A stretch of DNA of 32,000 nt from Cryobacterium sp. SO2. GTDB taxonomy: Bacteria > Actinomycetota > Actinomycetes > Actinomycetales > Microbacteriaceae. The stretch covers positions 547,258 through 579,257 of the forward strand of contig NZ_CP117849.1 in assembly GCF_026151165.2 (NCBI RefSeq), given 5' to 3'. How positions within the stretch are numbered: the first letter of the stretch is position 1; every line of letters begins with the position of its first letter. This document shows, piece after piece, positions 24,269-32,000 of the stretch. Both the position numbers and the translations under genes were made by a program. Below the pieces are notes generated by a model, which was given only the letters and a program-made list of their open reading frames with translations, was not told where the DNA came from and made no database searches.

Positions 24269-25702
24269 ATGAGTGTCGACAGGAGGGATGTCGGCTTCCG
24301 CTCCGAGCGCGGGCCCATCCTGATCGCCCTCATGTTGACGACCGGGCTGGTCGCCATCGAGTCGACGATCCTCGCCACCGCGGTGCCCTCCATCGTGAAG
24401 GACCTCGGCGGTTTCTCGCAGTTCCCGTGGCTGTTCTCCATCTACCTGCTCGCCCAGGCCGTGTCCGTGCCGGTGTACGCGAAGCTGTCCGATGTCATCG
24501 GACGCAAGCCGATCCTCCTGTTCGGCATCGGCATCTTCCTGCTCGGCTCGATCCTGTGCGGGTTCGCCTGGAGCATGCCTGCCCTCATCGCGTTCCGCGC
24601 CGTGCAGGGCCTGGGCGCCGGCGCCATCATGCCGATGTCGGTCACCATCGCCGGCGACATCTACACGGTGGCCGAACGCGCCAAGACCCAGGGTTACCTC
24701 GCCAGCGTGTGGGCGGTGTCCTCCGTCGTCGGGCCCACCCTCGGCGGGCTCTTCGCCGAATTCTCGACGTGGCGCTGGATCTTCTTCATCAACATCCCGC
24801 TGTGCCTCATTGCGGCATGGATGCTGCTGCGCACGTTCCACGAAACCGTCCAGCACCGCCAGCACAAGGTCGACTACCTCGGCGCCACCCTGCTGATGCT
24901 CGCGCTGAGCGCCCTCCTCCTGGCCGTGCTCGAAGGCGGACAGTCCTGGGCGTGGGACTCGCTGCAGAGCATCGGCGCCTTCACCCTCGGCGGGCTGCTG
25001 CTGGTCGCCTTCGTGTTCGCCGAGCGCCGGGCGGCCGAACCCGTGCTCCCCATGTGGATCTTCTCGCGGCGAGTGGTGCTCACGAGTTCGCTGATCGGGC
25101 TGGGTGTCGGCGCGATCATGCTGGGTTTGACCTCGTTCGTGCCGACCTACCTCGAGGGTGCGCTCGGGGCCACCCCCATCCTCGGCGGCCTCGCCGTCGC
25201 GGCCCTCACCATCGGCTGGCCGATCTCGGCCTCACAATCGGGACGGCTCTACCTGCGCATCGGCTTCCGCACCACAGTGCTCATCGGCATGGCGATCACC
25301 GTGCTCGGCACGGCTGTGCTGGCCATTACCGCGTCAACGCCATCCGTCGTCACCGTTGCGCTGTCCTGCTTCGTGATCGGCCTCGGCCTCGGTCTGGTGG
25401 CCACGCCGTCGATGATCGCCGCGCAGTCGAGCGTCGGCTGGGACGAACGCGGGGTCGTCACCGGAACCAGCATGTTCGCGAGGTCGATCGGCAGCGCCGT
25501 CGGCGTGGCGATCTTCGGCGCCGTCGCCAACGCCATCTACGCGCTGCCCGGCAACCAGAGCCACGACCCCGCGGCGATCACGGCCGCCTCCTCCGCCGTG
25601 TTCCTCGCCCTGGTGATCACCGCGGTGGCCACCGTCGCGGCGGCCTTCTACATGCCCCGCACCAAGCCGCTCGGGCTGGAGTCCGTGCCTATCACCCCGT
25701 AG
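24269..25702 (+). CDS. MFS transporter, DHA2 (EmrB/QacA-like) drug:H+ antiporter family (477 aa)
   Basis: Many TM helices. The N-terminal MFS motifs read LSDVIGRKPILLFGIGIFLLGSILCG and RAVQGLGAGAIMP. Confidence 0.9.
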   Translation: MSVDRRDVGFRSERGPILIALMLTTGLVAIESTILATAVPSIVKDLGGFSQFPWLFSIYLLAQAVSVPVYAKLSDVIGRKPILLFGIGIFLLGSILCGFAWSMPALIAFRAVQGLGAGAIMPMSVTIAGDIYTVAERAKTQGYLASVWAVSSVVGPTLGGLFAEFSTWRWIFFINIPLCLIAAWMLLRTFHETVQHRQHKVDYLGATLLMLALSALLLAVLEGGQSWAWDSLQSIGAFTLGGLLLVAFVFAERRAAEPVLPMWIFSRRVVLTSSLIGLGVGAIMLGLTSFVPTYLEGALGATPILGGLAVAALTIGWPISASQSGRLYLRIGFRTTVLIGMAITVLGTAVLAITASTPSVVTVALSCFVIGLGLGLVATPSMIAAQSSVGWDERGVVTGTSMFARSIGSAVGVAIFGAVANAIYALPGNQSHDPAAITAASSAVFLALVITAVATVAAAFYMPRTKPLGLESVPITP

Positions 25703-25765
25703 CTCAAGCCCCGCGGCTACCGCCCGTAGCTCCCGCCCTAGCTCCCGGCCGTAGCTCCCGCCCCG
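25697..25765. repeat. four degenerate copies of CCGTAGCTCCCGCC that include the MFS stop codon
   Basis: TAG occurs at 25700 (the gene stop), 25727, 25739 and 25752, each within a similar 12-14-nt unit. Confidence 0.6.
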
Positions 25766-25769
25766 CCGA

Positions 25770-25910
25770 GACTGGCCCATTTTCGCTAGTTCTCACCCCT
25801 CCCGCACTAGCGATTCTGGGCCAGTCATCGTTGCGCCCCGCGCGCTACCCCGGGACTGGCCCATTTTCGCTAGTTGAGTGGGCCCGGGCACTAGCAAATC
25901 CGGGCCACTC
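25770..25910. repeat. family C: second pair of ~57-bp hairpins (25770-25826, 25854-25910)
   Basis: The arms match 8880-9010 (GACTGGCCCATTTTCGCTAGT ... ACTAGC..A..TGGGCCAGTC), but the loop sequences differ. Confidence 0.85.
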
Positions 25911-25950
25911 CAGCCGTTCCTGCCCACCGTGCTCGTCCCTACTCGCAGTA

Positions 25951-26053
25951 GCGCGGGTGCCGCGCCGTTGCGCGGGTGGCGCGCCATCGGCACCGGCGGC
26001 CCAAACGAGCTGCGCGGGTCAGGCGCCGCAACGCGGGTGGCGCGCCACCCGCG
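25951..26053. repeat. family F: two GCGCGGGT..GCGCCG..CGCGGGTGGCGCGCCA units; the second forms a perfect 22-bp palindrome
   Basis: Units at about 25951-25986 and 26012-26048. CGCGGGTGGCGCGCCACCCGCG at 26032-26053 is self-complementary. Confidence 0.75.
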
Positions 26054-26184
26054 AAGCGGCGCCTTGCCCGCGCACCGCGCCCAGTGACCCCAGCCCCGGT
26101 GCACCAGCTCACCCACCCGCCACAAATCACGGATGCCCACCCCGCCCACTTGCATCCCACTAGAACGTGTGTTCGAATTGGTGC

Positions 26185-27282
26185 ATGCGCTGGAGTGAAC
26201 AGGAACTGACAACCGAGCAGGCCGGGGCACTCCCCGGACTGGCCCGGCTGAACAACCTCGTGCGCAGCGTGCGCACCCCCGAGTTCGACGGCATCACCTT
26301 CCACGAGGTGCTCGCCAAGTCCGCGCTCAACCGGGTGCCCGGCCAAAGCGCCATGCCCTTCGGCTGGACCATCAACCCCTACCGCGGCTGCTCCCATGCC
26401 TGCACCTATTGCTTTGCCCGCCCCACCCACAACTACCTCGACCTCGACGCCGGCAAGGACTTCGACAACGAGATCATCGTCAAGGTCAACGTGGCCGAGA
26501 TCCTCCGCAAGGAGCTCGGCAAACCCACCTGGGGCAAGCATCCGGTGGCGCTGGGCACCAACACCGACCCGTACCAGCGGGCCGAGGGTCGCTACCGGCT
26601 GATGCCCGGCATCATCGCCGCGCTAGCCGACTCCGGCACCCCGTTCTCGATCCTCACCAAGGGCACGCTGCTGCGCCGCGACCTCGATCTGCTCGTGGAG
26701 GCCAGCCAACAGGTCCCCGTCGACCTCGCGATGTCGATCGCCATTTACGACGACGAGCTGCAGCAGGCGGTCGAGCCCGGCACCCCGAGCACCAAGGCCC
26801 GCCTGGCCACGGTCACCGCCATCCGAAACAAGGGCCTGGACTGCTCGGTGTTCCTGATGCCGATCCTGCCCTTCCTCACCGACACCCGCGCCCACCTCGA
26901 CGAGGCCATGCGCCAGGCCAAAGCCGCCGGCGCCACCGGGGTGCTCTACAGCGCGCTGTACCTCAAGCCCGGGGTCAAGGAGTGGTACTTCCAGTGGCTC
27001 GAACACGACCACCCCGAGCTGCTGCCCCGCTACCGGGAGATGTTCAAACGCGGCAGTTACGCCCCCAAGGAGTACCGCCAGTGGCTGGCCGGCCGCATCC
27101 AGCCGCTCATGCGCGCGCACGGCCTCAGCCACCGCCGCGAAGACCCCGCCACCGGCGGCATCCTCTCCACGGCGCTCACCGATCCACCCGGCACCGCCAC
27201 CCCTACCGGCACTGATGCGCCGCCCGCCGGTTCCCTCATCGCGGCCGAGCTGCCTCCCGAACTCACCCCCACCCTGTTTTGA
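26185..27282 (+). CDS. radical SAM protein, Rv2578c / SplB-like family (365 aa)
   Basis: CxxxCxxC cluster motif GCSHACTYCFARP. The overall sequence is typical of the actinobacterial Rv2578c-type radical SAM family. Start is ATG 26185, or GTG 26167. Confidence 0.85.
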   Translation: MRWSEQELTTEQAGALPGLARLNNLVRSVRTPEFDGITFHEVLAKSALNRVPGQSAMPFGWTINPYRGCSHACTYCFARPTHNYLDLDAGKDFDNEIIVKVNVAEILRKELGKPTWGKHPVALGTNTDPYQRAEGRYRLMPGIIAALADSGTPFSILTKGTLLRRDLDLLVEASQQVPVDLAMSIAIYDDELQQAVEPGTPSTKARLATVTAIRNKGLDCSVFLMPILPFLTDTRAHLDEAMRQAKAAGATGVLYSALYLKPGVKEWYFQWLEHDHPELLPRYREMFKRGSYAPKEYRQWLAGRIQPLMRAHGLSHRREDPATGGILSTALTDPPGTATPTGTDAPPAGSLIAAELPPELTPTLF

Positions 27283-27330
27283 GTCGCACCCCTACCCGCG
27301 TCCCCGCCGCGGGCCGTGCCGCCCGGTCTG

Positions 27331-27405
27331 GTCTCGCGGCCCGTGATAAGACCCGCGGCACGTGTTCCAACGCGTGCCGCCGCACCAAACACGTGCAGCG
27401 ACGGA
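27331..27405. repeat. family E structured repeat, copy 2
   Basis: GTCTCGCGGCCC...CGCGGCACGTGTTCCAACGCGTGCCGCCGCACCAAACACGTGCAGCGACGG. Confidence 0.75.
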
Positions 27406-27579
27406 TGCCCCGCCGTGGTTAGCACTCCAACGAGCGCCCGCGCACCTCGCCGCTCCATCCGTCTCATGCCCACCGCGACCCTGGGTTCTGCCCCCACGCG
27501 CGCTGGGAGGCGCCACACCCCCAGCCGGGTGGCCGCCGAATCCCGCACACCTGAGATAATCAGAGGCGGAGAGGGCGCA

Positions 27580-28986
27580 ATGTCACTTGGGTTACCCGGC
27601 CACCTGGTGCAGGCCACGCTCAGCCGCGCCCTGGCCCGCGCCAGCCACTGGTTCGGCCTTGTCTGCCTGGCCGGCGCGCTGGCGTCGGTGCTGGCGCTGA
27701 GCATGTTCCCCGTCACCGACCGGCTGCAGCTCACCGTCGCGGCGATCCTCGGCATGGGCGCCCTGCTCGCGCTCCTCGCCCGCTGGCGCACGGTGCCGCT
27801 CACCATCGCCTACCTCGTGCTCGGCGCCGCCTGCACCTACCTGTTCACCGGCGCGGTGCTGGGCATGCCCGGCGTGTTCTCGTCCTCGGACATGTTCCTC
27901 ATCTCGCTGCCCAAGATGGCCCTGATCATGGTCGGCGGCGCCGGTTCCGGCGCGCTCGTGGGCGTGCTGTGGAGCACCCTCGGGTTCCTCCTCGCCGAGA
28001 TCGCCGCCACCCTGGCCGTGGCGCAGACCGCCGTGCCCGACCGGCCCGACGTGTTCACCATCGTCACCTACCTCGTGCTCGTGGGCGTGATGCTGCTCGA
28101 CGGCCTCACCCGCCGCACCGGCCGCGCCGCCCAGCCGGCCATCCACAAGGCGGTGCAAGACGACGAGTCCCGCACCCTGCGCCACGACTTCGACGTGCGG
28201 GCGATCGCGCTGATGCACGACACCACCCTCAACCAGCTTGTTTCCGTGGCCCGCGCCAAGCCCGGCCCGCTCAGCCGCGGCCTCGAGGCCGGCATCCGCG
28301 AAACCCTGCACACCCTCGCCGACCGCGACTGGCTCACCCACGTCGACGAACGCACCGGCGCCGCGCCCGCCGGCAGCGACGGTTGGTTGGGCAGCGCCGT
28401 GTTCCGCGCCATCGACCGCAGCCGAGACCGCGGCTTGGTCATCGACATCACCGGCGACAAGGATGCGCTCGCCCGCCTTGCCCCCGAAAGCGACCGGGAA
28501 CTCGGCCTCGCCGTTCAACAGTGCCTGGTGAACGTCCTCCAGCACTCCGGCATCGCTTCCGCCGAGGTGGTCATCGACGCCGACGACGAGAACGTGTCGG
28601 TGATGGTGCTCGACGCCGGCACCGGCTTCATGGAATCCGAGACCGGCAGCGACCGGCTCGGCCTGCGCCAGTCGGTGCGCAAGCGCATCGAGCGCCTCGG
28701 CGGCTCCGTGCAGATCTGGTCGCGCCCCGGCGCCGGCACCTCGGTGCTGCTCACCCTGCCCGCCCCGGCGCCCGCCCCCGCGGTCTCCGCCGAGTTGCCC
28801 ATTTCCGGACCAGTTGCCCCGGTACAGCAGGGCAACTCGTCCGCGGCGGGGCAACTCGCGGATGCCCTCTCCACCGCCGATGCCCCCACGCTCCGGACCC
28901 CAGCGGGCCCCGACACACCTACGACCCCCGGGACCTCGGCCCCGGACGCAGAGCCCGCGACCCCCACTGGCCCGGTGACCCCGTGA
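27580..28986 (+). CDS. membrane sensor histidine kinase, HisKA_3/NarX-like (468 aa)
   Basis: ATG 27580 follows GGCGGAGAGGG. About 170 aa of TM helices, the H-box-like ALMHDTTLNQL, and the ATPase part CLVNVLQHS...LDAGTGF...GLRQSVRKRIERLGG...GAGTSV. The C-terminal tail carries a family B repeat. Confidence 0.75.
   Translation: MSLGLPGHLVQATLSRALARASHWFGLVCLAGALASVLALSMFPVTDRLQLTVAAILGMGALLALLARWRTVPLTIAYLVLGAACTYLFTGAVLGMPGVFSSSDMFLISLPKMALIMVGGAGSGALVGVLWSTLGFLLAEIAATLAVAQTAVPDRPDVFTIVTYLVLVGVMLLDGLTRRTGRAAQPAIHKAVQDDESRTLRHDFDVRAIALMHDTTLNQLVSVARAKPGPLSRGLEAGIRETLHTLADRDWLTHVDERTGAAPAGSDGWLGSAVFRAIDRSRDRGLVIDITGDKDALARLAPESDRELGLAVQQCLVNVLQHSGIASAEVVIDADDENVSVMVLDAGTGFMESETGSDRLGLRQSVRKRIERLGGSVQIWSRPGAGTSVLLTLPAPAPAPAVSAELPISGPVAPVQQGNSSAAGQLADALSTADAPTLRTPAGPDTPTTPGTSAPDAEPATPTGPVTP
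28792..28865 (+). repeat. family B nested palindrome embedded in-frame in the kinase tail
   Basis: GAGTTGCCCATTTCCGGACCAGTTGCCCCGGTACAGCAGGGCAACTCGTCCGCGGCGGGGCAACTCGCGGATGC. Translated as AELPISGPVAPVQQGNSSAAGQLADA. Confidence 0.85.
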
Positions 28987-30533
28987 CCGCCCGCCGCGCC
29001 ACCCAGCAGCGCCTCGACCCGCTGGGCACCCTCGCCGCCTGGCCGCTGGCGCCGGGCCTCGCCGCCGTGGTGCTCTGCTACTCCGTGATCGCCACCGTGC
29101 TGCAGTCCGACCAGGTGCAGAACCCCCTGCTGGCCACCCTCGCCGTGCTCGCCATGGCCGCCGCCGCCGGCACCCTGGTGATCGCCACCCAGCCGGCGCA
29201 CTCCCCGTTCGGCCGCCAGGCGCACATCGTGATGGTGACCCTGGCCGTGCTCGGTTACCTCTTCGAGGCGCTCAGCCGCTGGGGCAGCAACGAACTCGTG
29301 CAAGACGACTTCGGCCCCATCAGCATCGGCCTGCTCCTGCTGGCCCTGGCCCCCTACCGGCCCTGGCGCGAGATCGCCCTCTCCGGCGCGATCGCCAGCG
29401 TCATCGCGATCGCCATCACCCTGCCGCAAGCCGGCACCTTCCGCATCGACGTGCCCGTGGCGGTCTACGCCATCGTGTCGGTCGTGCAGATCCTCGCGCC
29501 CGCCGCCGCCGGCGCCGCCTACTCCCGCCGGGTCGTCACGTCCATCCTCGCCTGGCAGACGGATGCGCGCCGCGCCATCGTCGCCCGCACCGAGGAGGCC
29601 CGCGGCCAGCTGGCCCGGGCCGTGGTGGAGCAGCAGGTCACCGCGCTCAAGTCCGGGGTGATCCCGTTCCTCACCGACGTGCTCGAGCGCGGCACCGTCA
29701 CCGCCCTCGACATCGCCCAGGCCGGCCAGCTGGCCGCCGAGGTGCGCCGCACCCTCGTGGCCGAGATCGACCGCACCTGGCTGGACTCCGTCGTCACCCG
29801 CGAACGAGCCGCCCTCGCCGAACGCGGCACTCCCGGCCTGCTCGTCGTGGCTGACCCCGAGCACCGCGCCACCGTGTTCGGGGCCGAACAACGCGCCGCC
29901 ACCGCGGCCCTGATCGGCGCCCTCTGCGCCGCCCCCGGTTTCGACCCGCACAGCCTGGTGGTGCAGATCACCGGCTCGCCCCAGCCGCGCACGCCCGGCG
30001 CCCGCTCGCGGCCGGCCCCTTCCGCCGACGTGCCCACCTCCGCACGAGTTGCCCCGGCGCAGCGGAGCAACTCGTCCGCACCGGGGCACCTCGCGGCACC
30101 GGCCCCCAGCCCCGGCGGCCGCCCGGCACCGGCCCCGTCCGCCCACCTGCCCACGTCCGCACGAGTTGCCCCGCCGCAGCGGAGCAACTCGTCCGCACCG
30201 GGGCACCTCGCGGATGCGCACGCCCCCGCACTCGGCCAGACGCCGCTGGCCATCCTCACCGGCCCGCCCGCCCCGGCCCAGTTCGACACCATCACCCTGC
30301 AGGCCGCGCTCGACGTGCCGCCGCGCAAGGTGCGGGCGCTGCTGCGCCCCTACCTGGGCGTCATCCGGGTGGTCTTCGGCAACGTGCGCGTCACCGTGCG
30401 GCGGCCCTCGCTCACCATCGAGTTCGACGCCGTGCGCGAGAACACCTCCAGCGCCGCCGCGCCCACGGCCCTCGCCACCCCGGCCACCCCCATCGGTGTG
30501 CGCGCGAACAAAGCTCCGCGCCAAGTACGCTGA
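28983..30533 (+). CDS. membrane protein of unknown function, translationally coupled to the kinase (516 aa)
   Basis: GTG 28983 overlaps the kinase TGA (GTGA). About 190 aa of TM helices, then a helical and mixed region that I cannot assign to a family. The track ORF start at 27969 is off-gene read-through. Confidence 0.6.
   Translation: MTARRATQQRLDPLGTLAAWPLAPGLAAVVLCYSVIATVLQSDQVQNPLLATLAVLAMAAAAGTLVIATQPAHSPFGRQAHIVMVTLAVLGYLFEALSRWGSNELVQDDFGPISIGLLLLALAPYRPWREIALSGAIASVIAIAITLPQAGTFRIDVPVAVYAIVSVVQILAPAAAGAAYSRRVVTSILAWQTDARRAIVARTEEARGQLARAVVEQQVTALKSGVIPFLTDVLERGTVTALDIAQAGQLAAEVRRTLVAEIDRTWLDSVVTRERAALAERGTPGLLVVADPEHRATVFGAEQRAATAALIGALCAAPGFDPHSLVVQITGSPQPRTPGARSRPAPSADVPTSARVAPAQRSNSSAPGHLAAPAPSPGGRPAPAPSAHLPTSARVAPPQRSNSSAPGHLADAHAPALGQTPLAILTGPPAPAQFDTITLQAALDVPPRKVRALLRPYLGVIRVVFGNVRVTVRRPSLTIEFDAVRENTSSAAAPTALATPATPIGVRANKAPRQVR
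30027..30218 (+). repeat. two family B copies (30027-30096, 30144-30218), 117 bp apart, in-frame within the membrane protein gene
   Basis: The core CGCACGAGTTGCCCCG(G/C)CGCAGCGGAGCAACTCGTCCGCACCGGGGCACCTCGCGG occurs twice. Translated as SARVAP(A/P)QRSNSSAPGHLA. Confidence 0.85.
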
Positions 30534-30600
30534 AGCAGACCGACAGCGCCCCTCGCGGCCGCTGGACGATTTCAACAGGGCAAGGGCGGTACCGGCGGTA

Positions 30601-31353
30601 ATGGCGAAACTGTATTTTCGATACGGCGCGATGAACAGCGGCAAGAGCACCTCTATGCTCCAGGCCGCCTACAACTATGAGGAGCGCGGCCACCGCGTGC
30701 TGCTGGCCAAACCGTCCGTCGACACCAAGGGCGACCGCGGCATCCTCTCCCGCCTCGGCGTCACCCGCGGCGTCGACTTCCTGCTCACGCCCGAGACGGA
30801 TGCGTACGCCCTGTTCCAGCAGCACCGCGCCGCTACCCTCGAAGCCACCGGCCTCGACGTGAGCGCCCTGCTCGTCGACGAGGCGCAGTTCCTCACCGAA
30901 ACCCAGGTCGACGACCTGCTGCGCATCGCGATCATCGAGAACGTGCCGGTGCTCGCGTACGGCATCCGCACCGACTTCCAGACCGTCGCGTTCCCCGGCA
31001 GCCGCCGGCTGCTCGAGGTGGCGCACAGCCTCGAAGAACTCAAGACCATCTGCCGATGTGGGCGCAAGGCCGTGTTCAACGGCCGCCAGGTGAACGGCGC
31101 CTTCGTCTTCGACGGCGACCAGGTGGCCATCGACGGCGTCGAGGTCACCTACGAGTCGCTCTGCGGCTCCTGCTACCTCGAGGAGAGCCACGGCGTGCTG
31201 AACAACCGCCGCCGGGAACCGGTCGAACCAGCCGCGCTTGCAGACCGGGGCCGGGAGCGGGGGCGCTCAACCGAACAACGGTCGCAGAACGCGAACCCGG
31301 TTGTCGAGAGCACCCCAGCCAGCCCCCCGGCGTGTTCCCCCTCCTCACCTTAG
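30601..31353 (+). CDS. tdk: thymidine kinase with a ~50-aa low-complexity C-terminal extension (250 aa)
   Basis: P-loop GAMNSGKST, VDEAQF, and zinc ligands CRCGRKA...CGSCY. Confidence 0.92.
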   Translation: MAKLYFRYGAMNSGKSTSMLQAAYNYEERGHRVLLAKPSVDTKGDRGILSRLGVTRGVDFLLTPETDAYALFQQHRAATLEATGLDVSALLVDEAQFLTETQVDDLLRIAIIENVPVLAYGIRTDFQTVAFPGSRRLLEVAHSLEELKTICRCGRKAVFNGRQVNGAFVFDGDQVAIDGVEVTYESLCGSCYLEESHGVLNNRRREPVEPAALADRGRERGRSTEQRSQNANPVVESTPASPPACSPSSP

Positions 31354-31479
31354 GCATCCGCCAAAACCCCCAAAAGCCCTCACTTCTCAGGGCACCCATT
31401 TCGGGGGGTACGGGAGAACACGGGATAATCGACAGCACATCCCAGCTAAAGCCCAGGACAACCGCAGAAAAGGTATCGA

Positions 31480-32000
31480 ATGAACCGCTTCCGGGTCGCC
31501 CTGATCGATGACCACGAGATCGTGGCGCGCGGCTTCGCCGGGCTCTTCGCCACCTTCCCCGACATCGAGGTGGTGGCCACGGTCGCCACGGTCGGCGAGC
31601 TGCGCGCCCTGGTGCCGGACGGCCAGGTGGACCTCGTCATCCTCGACCTTCGGCTCTCCGACGGCTCCACGGTCTCTGACAACGTCGACCGGCTGCGCGA
31701 AACCGGCGCCCAGGTGCTCGCGTTCACGGGCGGCGACGACGCCGTGCTCATGCGGGCCGCCGCCCGCGGCGGAGTGCTCGGCGTGGTGCGCAAATCCGAA
31801 CCGGCCGAGGTGCTGCTCGACGCCGTCACCCGCGCGGCGGCCGGCGAGACCATCGCCTCCACCGAGTGGGCCGCGGCCCTGGATGGCGACCCCGACCTCG
31901 CCGACGCCGGCCTCAGCCCCCGGGAACGCGAGGTGCTCTCCCTCTACGCCGCCGGCGCGAAGGCGCCGCTCGTGGCGTCGCACACCGGGCTGTCCGAGCT
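31480..32000 (+). CDS. NarL/LuxR-family response regulator, 3' end outside window (not in the supplied ORF track)
   Basis: ATG 31480 follows AAAGG. My own translation is MNRFRVALIDDHEIVARGF...DLVILDLRLSDG...VRKSE...LSPREREVLSLYAAG. There is no stop before the window end. Confidence 0.85.
   Translation, partial: MNRFRVALIDDHEIVARGFAGLFATFPDIEVVATVATVGELRALVPDGQVDLVILDLRLSDGSTVSDNVDRLRETGAQVLAFTGGDDAVLMRAAARGGVLGVVRKSEPAEVLLDAVTRAAAGETIASTEWAAALDGDPDLADAGLSPREREVLSLYAAGAKAPLVASHTGLSE

Overview
High-GC (about 70% by eye) actinobacterial chromosome segment, probably from a Microbacteriaceae-like genome. Most genes are on the plus strand. The core has the conserved order dnaX-recR-ask-asd. Around it are two beta-galactosidases (GH42 partial, GH35), an amidase, malate:quinone oxidoreductase, a DHA2-type MFS exporter, an Rv2578c-like radical SAM protein, thymidine kinase and a HisKA_3 kinase / NarL-type regulator module.

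The stretch 11.9-22.6 kb is rich in signalling genes. It holds a membrane GAF-GGDEF-EAL gene split by an apparent frameshift, a PAS histidine kinase, a membrane protein with a degenerate GGDEF domain, and a lipoprotein. It also holds a processive GT2 polysaccharide synthase translationally coupled to an Hpt-like protein that lacks the canonical His. Convergent to these is a membrane-anchored GH6 glucanase plus an OmpR-type regulator with a Pro/Ala/Val linker of about 130 aa. I read this as a candidate c-di-GMP/phosphorelay-controlled beta-glycan exopolysaccharide system. That reading is inference.

The most unusual signal is at the DNA level.
- Almost every intergenic gap is filled with structured repeats from at least six families.
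- One ~70-bp nested-palindrome family also sits inside three protein-coding genes (dnaX, a histidine kinase, a membrane protein). It is always in the same orientation and reading frame, which resembles Rickettsia palindromic elements.
- The heptamer CGGATGC/GCATCCG looks strongly enriched in all frames and in non-coding DNA. An 8-copy octanucleotide array is a concatemer of it.

I found no rRNA, tRNA, CRISPR array or transposase. Most long ORFs in the supplied track are off-frame or antisense artefacts of high GC content.
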